Assembly: GCA_023245335.1 (NCBI GenBank) | Contig: JAHFKK010000001.1 | Location: 795,505 to 859,504, forward strand | Length of the DNA: 64,000 bases | Reading direction: 5' to 3' | Origin: Candidatus Gottesmanbacteria bacterium | Lineage (GTDB): Bacteria; Patescibacteriota; Microgenomatia; UBA10105; UBA927 | Shown here: positions 8,894 through 19,513 of the stretch, one piece after another | How positions within the stretch are numbered: position 1 is the first letter of the stretch | Layout: every line of letters begins with the position of its first letter | The notes under the pieces: generated by a model | Told to the model about the DNA's origin: nothing | Seen by the model: the letters and a program-made list of their open reading frames with translations, nothing else | Database searches by the model: none | Translations under genes and position numbers: made by a program

Positions 8894-9277
8894 ATGGATA
8901 TAATGCTCGCGCCTGATGTCAAAAAGATCATGAAAGCGATTTTAAAAACATCGCTATTTGTCCAGGTCGATCCCAAACGTATCGTTTGCATGCGGAGTAC
9001 CGGAGCCACAAGCCGTGCGAGGGCACGTATCTGGAGTTTTCCCAAAATCTGGCAGATGGCATTAGGTGTGCCGGCTCATTATGTCATTGAAGTGCTTTCT
9101 CAGCATTTTGACCACCTGTCGGATGATGATAAAACGCGGGTCATCATCCACGAACTTATGCATATCCCGAAAAACTTTTCCGGGGCACTTGTTCCCCACC
9201 GGGGGAGGCATGCACACATAGACAGCCGAACGGTAGAACAGTTATTTCGCCGGTATAAAGACTCGCTCACTACATAA
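8894..9277 (+). CDS. putative zinc metallopeptidase (HExxH, SprT/Wss1-like)
   Basis: IIHELMHIP HExxH motif in a 127-aa protein. Confidence 0.45.
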   Translation: MDIMLAPDVKKIMKAILKTSLFVQVDPKRIVCMRSTGATSRARARIWSFPKIWQMALGVPAHYVIEVLSQHFDHLSDDDKTRVIIHELMHIPKNFSGALVPHRGRHAHIDSRTVEQLFRRYKDSLTT

Positions 9278-9279
9278 TT

Positions 9280-9966
9280 ATGCTGACCATACTTCACGGG
9301 GATAATATTGACGCGTCGCGTACAGAACTCCTTGCTATGATTGCGGCTGCCAAGGGCAAAGAGATCAGGGAACTCAATGGCCGCTCGCTTGACACGAATG
9401 AACTTACCCAAGCGCTCGAATCGTCATCATTGTTTGGCGGAAATACGCTTGTCGTCATAGAAAATCTATTCAGCAAACTCGGGCGTCAGGTCAAACGCAT
9501 AGAAGCCTTATCGTCGATACTCGGCGGTTCTTCAGCGTCAACCGACATCATAGTCTGGGAGGACAAAGAATTGGGAATTACCGCTTTGAAAAGCCTGGGA
9601 AAGGCGATCGTGCGGACATTCAAGCTTCCTGCTGTCATCTTTCAGCTCTTGGATGGACTGAGGCCGGATGCCGCGCGTCCAATGGTATTGCTTTTTCAGA
9701 AGGTAGTGGCTGTACAGCCCGCCGAGATCACGTACACGCTTCTTGTGCGCAGGGTACGCCAACTCATCCAGCTCCGGGACGGAGTAGCTCCGGAAGGTTT
9801 GGCGCCATGGCAGGCGTCTCGCTTGACAGGCCAGGCGCGATTATTTACGATGGATGAACTCGTCGTTATGCATACGAAACTTCTGGATATGGATATTGCA
9901 ATAAAAACAGGCACGTCCCCTTTCACCCTTGCCCAACGTATAGAACAATTTCTTATTTCCTTATAA
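9280..9966 (+). CDS. holA: putative DNA polymerase III delta subunit (short form)
   Basis: N-terminal pattern ILHGDN...SLFGGNTLVVIEN resembles clamp-loader delta; short at 228 aa, so tentative. Confidence 0.4.
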   Translation: MLTILHGDNIDASRTELLAMIAAAKGKEIRELNGRSLDTNELTQALESSSLFGGNTLVVIENLFSKLGRQVKRIEALSSILGGSSASTDIIVWEDKELGITALKSLGKAIVRTFKLPAVIFQLLDGLRPDAARPMVLLFQKVVAVQPAEITYTLLVRRVRQLIQLRDGVAPEGLAPWQASRLTGQARLFTMDELVVMHTKLLDMDIAIKTGTSPFTLAQRIEQFLISL

Positions 9967-9975
9967 AGGAGGCAT

Positions 9976-11394
9976 ATGGCACAATTCATTCCTGATCATG
10001 TTTTCCGTGGTTATGACCTGCGGGGTTTAGTCGGAAGCGAACTGAATGCGGAAACCGTAGGACTTCTTGGGAAGGGATATGCGACGTGGCTTTTGCAGCG
10101 AAAGATTTTTGACTGTGTCCTGGGCTACGACTGCCGCAATTCGAGTCCCGAGTTTCGGGATATCATGGCAAAGGAACTCACGGATGCCGGCATTACCGTG
10201 TATGACATCGGGATGACCCTGTCGCAGATAGCGTACTTCGCTTGCTATCTTTTCCGTACGCGGGGGATGATCATGATAACCGCCTCCCATAATCCCAAGG
10301 AATACAACGGATTTAAATTTGGTACCGGCTACTCGGAAACTATGCTGACGGAAGACATCATAGAATTACGGGATCTAGTTAAGTCAGGCAAATTTGTGAC
10401 CAGGACGCCCAAAGGTGTCGTTATTCAAAAGGATATCAAGCAGGACTACATTGACGACCTCAAGCGTCGTATAGACCCGATCAAACGCTTTAAGGTCGTT
10501 GTAGACTCCTGTGCGGCCACGACCGGGGTGTACCTGCCGGATATTTTGCGGTCAGTAGGGTGCGAGGTCATTGAGCAAAATACCACGCCGGATGGAAATT
10601 TCCCGGTCGGAACTCCCGATCCCACGGAGCACGAGGTGCAGCAAAGATTAGCGGACCGGGTTCTCAAGGAAAAAGCCGACCTGGGCTTCTCCTATGATGC
10701 AGATGGCGACCGTATCGGTATCGTCGACGGCACAGGCAGACTTATATGGAATGATGTTTTGGTTGCGCTATTTGCCAAGGACGTCATTGCTTCCTTACCC
10801 GGCTCGAAGATCGTGTATAACACGCTCTGCTCGAAGATAGTTGATGACGTGATTCGTGACGCCGGAGGAAAGGCTGTCATGTGGAAAACGGGCCATTCAT
10901 TCATCAAAGCCAAAGTCCATGAAGAGCGTGCGCCGTTTGGCGGCGAACTCTCCGGGCACATCTATTTCGTGGATAATTTTTACGGACATGACGACGGAGC
11001 GATCGCGAGTCTTCGGCTCCTGGGATATCTTACCCGTGTGGACAAGTCACTTGCCGAAGCGGTGGATGAATTACCCAAATACATATCGAGCCCGGAAATA
11101 AAAGTCGGCTGTCCGGACGACGTCAAATTCCAGATCGTCAGCGACAAAATCGGCGGCGAGATGAAAAAATTGTATCCTTCGGCCAAATATGTGGAGATAG
11201 ACGGAGTTCGGATGGATACCGAGAAGGAAATGCTTATCGTGCGTGCGAGCCAGAACGGCCCGTATCTCACCGTGAAGTTTGAAGGAAAGACGCAGGACGC
11301 CTACGACACGCTCAAAAAACAAGTGAGCGCAATCCTGCATACATTTACGGAAGTCGATTTTGCAAAAGGCGTCAATACAGACGCGTTGGTATAA
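9976..11394 (+). CDS. phosphoglucomutase/phosphomannomutase (alpha-D-phosphohexomutase)
   Basis: Active-site TASHNP motif, GDGDR sugar-binding loop (DADGDRIGIV), four-domain length. Confidence 0.85.
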   Translation: MAQFIPDHVFRGYDLRGLVGSELNAETVGLLGKGYATWLLQRKIFDCVLGYDCRNSSPEFRDIMAKELTDAGITVYDIGMTLSQIAYFACYLFRTRGMIMITASHNPKEYNGFKFGTGYSETMLTEDIIELRDLVKSGKFVTRTPKGVVIQKDIKQDYIDDLKRRIDPIKRFKVVVDSCAATTGVYLPDILRSVGCEVIEQNTTPDGNFPVGTPDPTEHEVQQRLADRVLKEKADLGFSYDADGDRIGIVDGTGRLIWNDVLVALFAKDVIASLPGSKIVYNTLCSKIVDDVIRDAGGKAVMWKTGHSFIKAKVHEERAPFGGELSGHIYFVDNFYGHDDGAIASLRLLGYLTRVDKSLAEAVDELPKYISSPEIKVGCPDDVKFQIVSDKIGGEMKKLYPSAKYVEIDGVRMDTEKEMLIVRASQNGPYLTVKFEGKTQDAYDTLKKQVSAILHTFTEVDFAKGVNTDALV

Positions 11395-11403
11395 AGGAGG
11401 ATT

Positions 11404-12477
11404 ATGAATAATCTGGACGATACAGAGGCTATGAAGGTCATCGATCGCGTGAACGTGAGAGGTTCTATAGAACAACTCGGCGAACAGAGCAGGCAAGCAT
11501 GGGACGAAGTGCATGCGATGACATTCCCTGATGCATACAAGGCCGCAAAGTCCATCGTTTTTTCCGGCATGGGCGGCTCTGCTTTGGGCGCGTACGTCAA
11601 TAAGGCACTCTTTTGGGATACGCTGGCTATACCTTTTGAGATCGTCAACGATTATCATCTTCCTGCCTATACGAAGGGTGAGACACTGGTCATCCTCTCG
11701 ACGTATTCGGGTACGACCGAGGAAACACTTGCGTGCGGCGTCGAAGCCGTCGCCAAAAAGTCCATGGTCACCGGGGTTACGACCGGCGCGAAACTCGGGG
11801 AATTCATGAAGGCAAATGCCTTGCCGGCGTATATTTTTGTCCCGAAATTCAATCCTTCAAACCAGCCAAGACTCGGCAGTGGCTACTCCGTAGTAGGATT
11901 GAGCGCCATGCTCGACGTATTGGGCTATGTGCATGTCGATGCCAAAGACATAGAAGAAATTGTTGCCGTGCTTGCGAAAGGAAATAGCGTATACGGCGTG
12001 GACATTCCGGAAAAATCAAACAAAGCCAAACTCCTCGCGCGTGCCTGGGTACAAAAAATTCCGGTAATCGTAGCCGCACGCCATCTCATGCAGGTAGGAC
12101 GCGTTCTACGAAACCAGATACATGAATCGGCCAAGTCATTTGCGGCCTATCACGACGTGCCGGAACTCAATCATCATTTACTTGAGGGGCTGACCAATCC
12201 GGCGACGAATAAGGAAATGCTTCGGTTCCTGTTTCTCGACTCGGTACTTTACGAGGATAAGATCAAGAAACGCATGGATATTACGAAGGTCGTCATCGAA
12301 AAGCAGGGTATAGCGGTCGAGCGCTTTGCCGCAACAGCGCAAAGCCGGATCGCCCAGGCTATGGAGTGCATCCAATTCGGGGCGTACGTGAATTACTATA
12401 TGGCGATGCTTTCAGACCTGGATCCCAGTAAAATTCCTTGGGTCGACTACTTCAAAGCAGAGTTGGCAAAGTCATAA
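11404..12477 (+). CDS. bifunctional phosphoglucose/phosphomannose isomerase (SIS-domain, archaeal-type)
   Basis: SIS-domain motifs (IVFSGMGGSALGA, LVILSTYSGTTEETL) and about 350-aa length, typical of the PGI/PMI family. Confidence 0.65.
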   Translation: MNNLDDTEAMKVIDRVNVRGSIEQLGEQSRQAWDEVHAMTFPDAYKAAKSIVFSGMGGSALGAYVNKALFWDTLAIPFEIVNDYHLPAYTKGETLVILSTYSGTTEETLACGVEAVAKKSMVTGVTTGAKLGEFMKANALPAYIFVPKFNPSNQPRLGSGYSVVGLSAMLDVLGYVHVDAKDIEEIVAVLAKGNSVYGVDIPEKSNKAKLLARAWVQKIPVIVAARHLMQVGRVLRNQIHESAKSFAAYHDVPELNHHLLEGLTNPATNKEMLRFLFLDSVLYEDKIKKRMDITKVVIEKQGIAVERFAATAQSRIAQAMECIQFGAYVNYYMAMLSDLDPSKIPWVDYFKAELAKS

Positions 12478-13109
12478 CAAAGGTCCGTCAATTCCTTTAC
12501 GGAGTGCACATATCGGTCTATTCCATGCGGAAGTTCGCCTTCTGCATGAAGGGTAAAGCAGCAGACGTGTGCTCCTGATGCTATGGCCGCATTTATTCCC
12601 GTCTGAGAATCCTCGATGATGAGCGTGTGTTCGGGTGTCACTTTGAGCGCGCGCATCGCGGCTATATACCCGTCAGGCGCGGGTTTTGGGCGTAATTCAG
12701 GGTGATCATCAACCGATTCAATAAATTGGAATGCGTTGCCGTTTGTTAACCTACCCACAACCGTCATAATCCACGGCTTACGGGAGGAGGACACAAGTCC
12801 TAATATGACATCTTTTTCATGAAGAGCTCTAATAAGTCCGTCAATACCTTCCGTAATGGGTCCTTCTTCGTATATACGTTTGGCAAGTACGTCGTAGCCT
12901 TTGTACATCTCACTTTTTGATCCTCTGTAGCCGAGACCCTTCGCCCATTCGTATATCATGCTCGCCGAAAGACCTCTGGTCTTTCCGCTAATTTGTGATG
13001 CGATGTCCGGCCCTAATATACGCCGCAAATAAGGAGGTTCCCGTTCATTCCAAAGCTGTTCGCTTCGTATGATGACCCCGTCCATATCAAATATGATTGC
13101 CGGACTCAT
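12447..13109 (-). CDS. HAD-superfamily hydrolase, beta-phosphoglucomutase-like
   Basis: IIFDMDGVII (DxDG HAD motif I), LGLVSSS, ED(S)xxG motifs; convergent with the PGI/PMI gene and overlaps its end. Confidence 0.7.
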   Translation of the reverse strand: MSPAIIFDMDGVIIRSEQLWNEREPPYLRRILGPDIASQISGKTRGLSASMIYEWAKGLGYRGSKSEMYKGYDVLAKRIYEEGPITEGIDGLIRALHEKDVILGLVSSSRKPWIMTVVGRLTNGNAFQFIESVDDHPELRPKPAPDGYIAAMRALKVTPEHTLIIEDSQTGINAAIASGAHVCCFTLHAEGELPHGIDRYVHSVKELTDLCYDFANSALK

Positions 13110-13161
13110 GTGAAGGATTATATCACTTGCGCTTTTCTTTAAAATTGCCGATACTAGTTTT

Positions 13162-15429
13162 ATGACCGAAAAATTTGTCGTGTGGTTTAAAGAAGTGGGA
13201 AAAGAAGATGTGGGTACCGTCGGCGGTAAAGGGGCAAATTTAGGAGAGATGACGCAGGCCGGGTTTCCGGTACCTCCCGGATTTATCCTGACCGCCCAGG
13301 CGTACTTTCATTTTTTAGATGAAGCAGGCATTCGCGATAAAATACGGGATCTTCTCCATGGATTAAACGTCAATGACAGCGCAAGCCTCGAAGAGGTAGC
13401 CAAAAAGGTCCGTACGGTCATCACCGGGTCTCTTTTCCCCAAGGACATCGCAAATGAAGTGATCCCCGCATACTTTAAACTGGAAAAGGGAGTACTCAAA
13501 CATCCATTGGTCGCCGTGCGGTCATCAGCAACTGCCGAGGATCTGCCCACGGCGTCTTTTGCCGGCCAACAGGCAACATATCTCAATGTTCAGGGGGAAG
13601 CGAACCTTCTCGAAAAAATTAAAGAAGCATGGGCGTCGCTTTTCACGGCACGTGCTATTTTTTATCGGGCGACGAATAAATTCGACCATTTTAAAGTCGG
13701 CATAGCAATCCCGGTTCAGCGTATGGTCGAATCTGATATGTCGGGCATTATGTTTACGCTTGATCCGGTGACGAACGATAAGTCAAAGGTCGTTATCGAG
13801 GCAATTTTGGGTCTTGGAGAAATGATCGTCCAGGGTGCGGTCACGCCGGATCATTATGAAGTCGATAAAAAATCCCACACTATTTTGACGAAAGTGGTCC
13901 ATGAACAGGAAAAGATTATGGAGCGCACGAGCACTAAGACCTATGTGACGCCGCTTCCTAAATCCAGGGGCGCCAAGCAAAAGCTTACTGATGAGCAGAT
14001 CCTCGCGCTTTCAGAGGTCGGGATGAAACTGGAAAAGCACTATTACTTTCCGCAGGACAGCGAATGGGCGATCGAAGACGGAAAGGTATATATCGTTCAG
14101 ACGCGTCCGGTCACCACAACAGGTACGAAACAGATGAAACAACAAGCAAATGCGAACCGTGTGGTGCTTCTCAAAGGTGATCCGGCTAGCCCCGGAGTCA
14201 AGAGCGGTCCGGTAACTATATTGGAAAGCCCGAAGGAGTTGGGGAAAATTCACGCCGGTGACGTCCTGGTCGCGCAGATGACGAATCCCGATTACGTACC
14301 AGCGATGAAAAAGGCAATTGCTATTGTGACAGAACGTGGGGGCAGAACCTCCCATGCCGCGATAGTTTCCAGGGAGCTTGGAATACCTGCGGTCGTTGGT
14401 GCCGCAGGAGCAATGAAAACTTTGAAGGACGGCATGGTGATAACCGTAAACGGCTCTATGGGTGAGGTCTATAAAGGTGCAATAGCAGTTTCAAGTTCCG
14501 CGGTAGAGCCGGTGAAGCCCAGCGAACGACTGAAAACAGCGACGAAAGTCTATGTGAACCTCGCTCAGGCCGCCCGCGCCAAAGAGGTCGGGAAATTATA
14601 CGCGGACGGCGTAGGACTTCTGCGTGCCGAATTTATTATGGCTGATGTCGGCATCCACCCAAAAAAAATTATTGCCGACGGCAAGCAAAAAATGTTTATA
14701 GACCTCGTGAGTACCGAAATCGCAAAAATTGCATCGGCCTTTTCTCCGAGGCCGGTCGTGTACCGTACGACGGACTTTAAAACGAACGAGTACCGAAACC
14801 TGAAGGGTGGGTCTGCATATGAGCCCGAAGAGCCAAATCCCATGCTGGGCTTCCGGGGAGCCGCGCGGTATATCGCAAGTCCGGAAGTATTCGAAATGGA
14901 ACTCGAGGCCATAAAGACCGTACGCAATAAGATGGGCTACAAAAATCTCTCAATCATGATCCCGTTTGTACGGACACCCGAGGAACTACGGGGAGTCAAG
15001 AAGATGGTATCAGCGAGCGGACTTGCACGGTCAAATAACTTCAAATTGTGGATGATGGTAGAAATTCCTACCAATGTCATCCGCATAGAAGATTTTCTGG
15101 ATGAGGGTATTGACGGCGTTTCCATAGGATCCAATGATTTAACTATGCTCATGCTCGGAACCGATCGTGATAACAGTGAGGTCGCGCACGATTTTTCCGA
15201 GCTGGACGGCTCGGTCATGTGGGCTTTTGAGCGCGTCATAAAGGCCTGCGCCAAGCGGGGTGTCACGACATCCATGTGCGGACAGGCGCCGTCGGATTAT
15301 CCGGATTTGGTAGAAAAGCTCGTCTCCTGGGGCATAACGAGTGTTTCGGTCAACCCGGACGCTGTCGATCATGTTCGCGCGACCGTCGCAGATGCCGAAC
15401 ACCGTTTGGTGTCCAAAAAAGCGAAGTGA
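13162..15429 (+). CDS. ppsA: phosphoenolpyruvate synthase (pyruvate, water dikinase)
   Basis: N-terminal ATP-grasp (VGGKGANLGEM), phosphohistidine domain GGRTSHAAIVSRELGIPAVVG, C-terminal PEP-utilising domain; 755 aa. Confidence 0.85.
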   Translation: MTEKFVVWFKEVGKEDVGTVGGKGANLGEMTQAGFPVPPGFILTAQAYFHFLDEAGIRDKIRDLLHGLNVNDSASLEEVAKKVRTVITGSLFPKDIANEVIPAYFKLEKGVLKHPLVAVRSSATAEDLPTASFAGQQATYLNVQGEANLLEKIKEAWASLFTARAIFYRATNKFDHFKVGIAIPVQRMVESDMSGIMFTLDPVTNDKSKVVIEAILGLGEMIVQGAVTPDHYEVDKKSHTILTKVVHEQEKIMERTSTKTYVTPLPKSRGAKQKLTDEQILALSEVGMKLEKHYYFPQDSEWAIEDGKVYIVQTRPVTTTGTKQMKQQANANRVVLLKGDPASPGVKSGPVTILESPKELGKIHAGDVLVAQMTNPDYVPAMKKAIAIVTERGGRTSHAAIVSRELGIPAVVGAAGAMKTLKDGMVITVNGSMGEVYKGAIAVSSSAVEPVKPSERLKTATKVYVNLAQAARAKEVGKLYADGVGLLRAEFIMADVGIHPKKIIADGKQKMFIDLVSTEIAKIASAFSPRPVVYRTTDFKTNEYRNLKGGSAYEPEEPNPMLGFRGAARYIASPEVFEMELEAIKTVRNKMGYKNLSIMIPFVRTPEELRGVKKMVSASGLARSNNFKLWMMVEIPTNVIRIEDFLDEGIDGVSIGSNDLTMLMLGTDRDNSEVAHDFSELDGSVMWAFERVIKACAKRGVTTSMCGQAPSDYPDLVEKLVSWGITSVSVNPDAVDHVRATVADAEHRLVSKKAK

Positions 15430-15441
15430 TTCTAAACTGCT

Positions 15442-16716
15442 ATGTCTGAAGTGAATACCTCCATATACGCGGTTAACGCTCGCGAGATTCTTGACTCCCG
15501 TGGGGATCCAACCGTGGAAACAACTGTTGTTTTGGCAAGCGGCTATCGCGGTACGGCCTCTGTGCCGGCTGGTACTTCGCTCGGGAAATATGAGGCGGTA
15601 GAACTACGGGATCACGACGAGAAACGGTATAACGGCATGGGCGTATTAAACGCCATGAAGAACGTAAACACGACGATTGCCTCCCGGGTGCGGGGCATGG
15701 ACGCTCTTCTGCAAAGCCAGATCGACAAGACGCTTTTGGATCTGGACGGCACGCCGGACAAGCACATATTAGGGTCAAACAGCATACTCAGCGTGTCGCT
15801 TGCTACAGCCGTCGCAGCCGCAAACGCGAAGAGACTTCCATTATACCGATACCTCAACGCCATGTTTCAGCAGTACCGGCCGACGCAGATGACGCGCATA
15901 CCGACTCCGACATTTAATATCATAAACGGCGGGAAGCACGGATCCGGGAATTTGGATTTTCAGGAATTTCACGTTATACCGGCCACAAATAAAAAATTTG
16001 CGGATGCGCTCCGAATCGGCGCAGAAATTTATAAAGCTGTCATGCGCATCCTGAAATACCGGAATGCAATTTTTTCCGTAGGCTACGAAGGCGGCTTCGC
16101 ACCGAATCTGTTTACCAATATAGATGCGATACAAATACTTTCCGAGGCCATCCACAATAGTCCCTACCGGTATGGAGTCGATGTATTTTTGGGGTTAGAT
16201 TTGGCCGCAAACAGCTTCAAGCGGGAACGGGGATACCAAATAAAGGATAGGCCGGGAGCCTTGAGTTCTGATGACTTCATCACCTACCTCAAAGAAGTGC
16301 ATAAAACGTATAAACTCCTGATCCTGGAAGACGCGTTGAGCGAAGACGACTGGGACCATTGGGTGCGTTTAACAGCTGACATGGGGAAGGAAGTCCTTAT
16401 CGTCGGGGATGATCTTCTCGCCACAAACCCCGAGCGCCTCAAACGCGCTATAAAGGAAAAAGCATGTTCCGCCATCCTGTGCAAACCGAACCAGATCGGT
16501 TCGCTCTCTGAGTTTTTACAGGTCGTCACGATTGCCAAATCAAACGACATCAAAACAATCGTCTCTCACCGGAGCGGTGAAACAAACGACGCCTTTGTCG
16601 CGGACCTTGCGGTCGCTACCCAATCGGATTATGTCAAATTCGGTGCTCCGGCTCGCGGGGAACGTGTCGCGAAATACAACCGGCTTCTGCAAATAGAGCA
16701 GGAACTTTTCCCGTAG
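15442..16716 (+). CDS. eno: enolase
   Basis: AREILDSRGDPTVE start and SHRSGETNDAFVADLAVA signature. Confidence 0.9.
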   Translation: MSEVNTSIYAVNAREILDSRGDPTVETTVVLASGYRGTASVPAGTSLGKYEAVELRDHDEKRYNGMGVLNAMKNVNTTIASRVRGMDALLQSQIDKTLLDLDGTPDKHILGSNSILSVSLATAVAAANAKRLPLYRYLNAMFQQYRPTQMTRIPTPTFNIINGGKHGSGNLDFQEFHVIPATNKKFADALRIGAEIYKAVMRILKYRNAIFSVGYEGGFAPNLFTNIDAIQILSEAIHNSPYRYGVDVFLGLDLAANSFKRERGYQIKDRPGALSSDDFITYLKEVHKTYKLLILEDALSEDDWDHWVRLTADMGKEVLIVGDDLLATNPERLKRAIKEKACSAILCKPNQIGSLSEFLQVVTIAKSNDIKTIVSHRSGETNDAFVADLAVATQSDYVKFGAPARGERVAKYNRLLQIEQELFP

Positions 16717-16735
16717 GGATAGATCGCACAATTTT

Positions 16736-18376
16736 ATGAAACGACCAATCGTTCTATGCATCCTGGACGGCTGGGGACTGGCACCTCCCGGACCGGGCAA
16801 CGCCATATCGCTGTCTGACCTCAAAAACATACCGCAATACTGGTCTTCATTCCCGCACACGCAGCTTTCTGCCTCAGGGGCAAGTGTCGGCCTTCCTCCC
16901 GGAGAAGACGGTAATACGGAAACAGGACACATAAATATCGGTGCGGGGCGTGTCGTATATCAGGATCTCCCGCGGATTAATATGGCGATAAAAGACGGTT
17001 CTTTTTTTAAAAATGAAGCATTTAGCGGAGCGGTATCCTATGCCACCAAACACCAATCCCGCATCCATCTTGTCGGGCTCCTGTCCGATTCAGGGGTGCA
17101 TGCGAGTCGGGAGCATCTGTATGCCCTTTTACAGTTTATGAAGGATGAGCACTGTACGGCTCCCGTATATCTGCATTTATTTACCGATGGCCGCGATTCT
17201 TCGCCGAAAGCGGGATTACGATTTATCCGCGAAACTGAAGCGAAGCTGCAACAGCTCGGCATAGGAAAGATCGCGACTATTATGGGCAGGTATTATGGTA
17301 TGGACCGCGATCACCGTTGGGAACGCACCGAGCGGGCGTATCAGGCGCTCACGGAAATGATTCCCAACCAAGCGTCGTCCGCGGAAGCCGCTGTGGAGGC
17401 GTCCTACGCCCAAAATGTAACAGATGAATTCGTCCTTCCGGTCGTCATAACGGATAATGGTGTGCCGCTCCCTCGGATTTCGGCGCATGATGCCGTTATT
17501 TTTTATAACTATCGCATTGATCGTCCGCGCCAGCTCACCCGGGCATTCGTTATTTCAGATTTTGAAGCGCATCCGACAAGCGGCGCCTTTGACCCGTACG
17601 CCGTCAAATATCACCATAAGCATATCGTTGAAGAGGTCATACGGCCGCCGTTTACCCGTAGAGTAGTACTCCCTGATCTCTTTTTCGTGACCATGACGGA
17701 GTACGAGAGGAACCTTCCCTGTGTGGTTGCGTTCCCATTACAGCCCGTTCCGATGCCTCTGGGAAAAGTCTTTGCGGAAAGCGGCGTACGGCAGCTTAGG
17801 GTGGCGGAGACAGAAAAAGAACGGTTTATAGGGTACTATCTCAATGGGATGCGTGAAGATCCGTATACCGGCGAAGATCGGGTGATCGTCCCGTCTCCCA
17901 GAGTCGCGACATATGACTTGCAGCCCGAAATGTCCGCGTTTGAACTGACCAAACGGCTCTGCGACCGGCTAACGAGCGGCGTATACGGATTTATTGCCGT
18001 CAACTTCGCTAATCCCGATATGGTGGGCCACACCGGAAACATACCCGCCGCCATTCGTGCGTGCGAAATAGTAGACCAGTGCGTTGGAACGATCGTTTCG
18101 CTCACGCTGTCTCTTGGAGGAGCTTGCATGATTACCGGAGACCATGGTAACGTAGAAGAAATGCTTGGTCCGGACGGGGAAATGGATACCGAGCATTCAA
18201 CCTTCCCTGTCCCTTTTATCATGATAGAAGAAAATTTTCGAGGATATCCCACGTCGCTTCCGCTCGGCAATCTTGCGGATATAGCACCGACCATCTTAGG
18301 ACTTGCAGACATCACTTGCCCCTCTGAAATGACGGGTAAAAATTTATTAGCCGATCTTGAGATCGGAAGGAGGTAG
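16736..18376 (+). CDS. gpmI: 2,3-bisphosphoglycerate-independent phosphoglycerate mutase
   Basis: LCILDGWG N-terminus and metalloenzyme-superfamily motifs (TDGRDSSP, GDHGNVEEM). Confidence 0.85.
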   Translation: MKRPIVLCILDGWGLAPPGPGNAISLSDLKNIPQYWSSFPHTQLSASGASVGLPPGEDGNTETGHINIGAGRVVYQDLPRINMAIKDGSFFKNEAFSGAVSYATKHQSRIHLVGLLSDSGVHASREHLYALLQFMKDEHCTAPVYLHLFTDGRDSSPKAGLRFIRETEAKLQQLGIGKIATIMGRYYGMDRDHRWERTERAYQALTEMIPNQASSAEAAVEASYAQNVTDEFVLPVVITDNGVPLPRISAHDAVIFYNYRIDRPRQLTRAFVISDFEAHPTSGAFDPYAVKYHHKHIVEEVIRPPFTRRVVLPDLFFVTMTEYERNLPCVVAFPLQPVPMPLGKVFAESGVRQLRVAETEKERFIGYYLNGMREDPYTGEDRVIVPSPRVATYDLQPEMSAFELTKRLCDRLTSGVYGFIAVNFANPDMVGHTGNIPAAIRACEIVDQCVGTIVSLTLSLGGACMITGDHGNVEEMLGPDGEMDTEHSTFPVPFIMIEENFRGYPTSLPLGNLADIAPTILGLADITCPSEMTGKNLLADLEIGRR

Positions 18377-18381
18377 GTTAT

Positions 18382-19500
18382 ATGAAAGTGACTATTTCTG
18401 TTATCAAAGCAGACACGGGGTCGGTAGGCGGGCACAATCGCCCGAGCGACGCCATGGTTGCCAAGGCCAAAGAGCGCGTCTCGGAAGCAATTTCGTCGGG
18501 ACTTCTCCTGGACGCCCGGGTATCGTATACCGGTGATGATATTGCGCTTCTCATGACGCACGCGAGAGGCACGGATAATTCGGATATACATAAGTTTGCC
18601 TGGGACACATTCGTCGAGACGACCAAAATAGCCAAAAGTCAGGGACTCTATGGTGCAGGCCAGGATCTTCTAAAGGACGCATTTTCCGGAAACGTACGTG
18701 GTATGGGTCCCGGATCCGCAGAAATGGAAATAGAAGAGCGGCCGGCAGAACCGTTTATTTTGTTCGCCGGAGACAAATGCGGACCTGGGGTCTTTAATTA
18801 TCCGCTTTTTTCGTGTTTTGCCGACCCGTATCATAACGCCGGACTGTTGCTCGCGCCGGAAATGAGAGATGGATTCACCTACCGCATCATGGATGTGAAT
18901 CATACGGAAGCTGATAAAGTCATTACGCTCAAGGTTCCGGTCGACTATTACGATATCGCGTGTCTGCTTCGTGATCCGAACAGGTACATCGTCGAGAGCG
19001 TCACGGAAAATGCCACGGGGCTTATAGCGGCTGTCGCATCGACGAGCCGCCTCCACAATATCGCCGGCAAATATGTCGGGAAAGACGACCCGGTAGCGTT
19101 GGTACGCACACAGAAGCAATTCCCGTCGACCGGAGAAATTCTTTCTCCCTGGGCGCTTGCACACTATGTCCTCGGGGATAATAGGGGATCACATCACGTT
19201 GCGGTGATGCCGGTCAAACAGAATACGATCATCTCCTACTTTGACGGACCGACGGTCATGTCAGCCGCAGGATATTGTGTTCATGAAGGGAAGCTCACGG
19301 AAGCCGTGGATTACTTTGACCAGCCGTTCTGGGACGTGATCCGGGAAAAGGCGGCCAATAAAACCATGGAGATGCGTGCACAGGGGTTCTTTAACCCGGC
19401 CATGGGTCCGCAGGATGAAATGGAATATACAGGCGTCATGGAAAACCTGAAGCGTCTCGATGCAAGATTCGTGAAAGAAGCAGGCAAAAAGGCAGTCTAA
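18382..19500 (+). CDS. fbp: bifunctional fructose-1,6-bisphosphate aldolase/phosphatase (class V FBPase)
   Basis: MKVTISVIKADTGSVGGH N-terminus, characteristic of the archaeal-type FBP aldolase/phosphatase family; about 370 aa. Confidence 0.75.
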   Translation: MKVTISVIKADTGSVGGHNRPSDAMVAKAKERVSEAISSGLLLDARVSYTGDDIALLMTHARGTDNSDIHKFAWDTFVETTKIAKSQGLYGAGQDLLKDAFSGNVRGMGPGSAEMEIEERPAEPFILFAGDKCGPGVFNYPLFSCFADPYHNAGLLLAPEMRDGFTYRIMDVNHTEADKVITLKVPVDYYDIACLLRDPNRYIVESVTENATGLIAAVASTSRLHNIAGKYVGKDDPVALVRTQKQFPSTGEILSPWALAHYVLGDNRGSHHVAVMPVKQNTIISYFDGPTVMSAAGYCVHEGKLTEAVDYFDQPFWDVIREKAANKTMEMRAQGFFNPAMGPQDEMEYTGVMENLKRLDARFVKEAGKKAV

Positions 19501-19513
19501 ACTGATTCAAGGT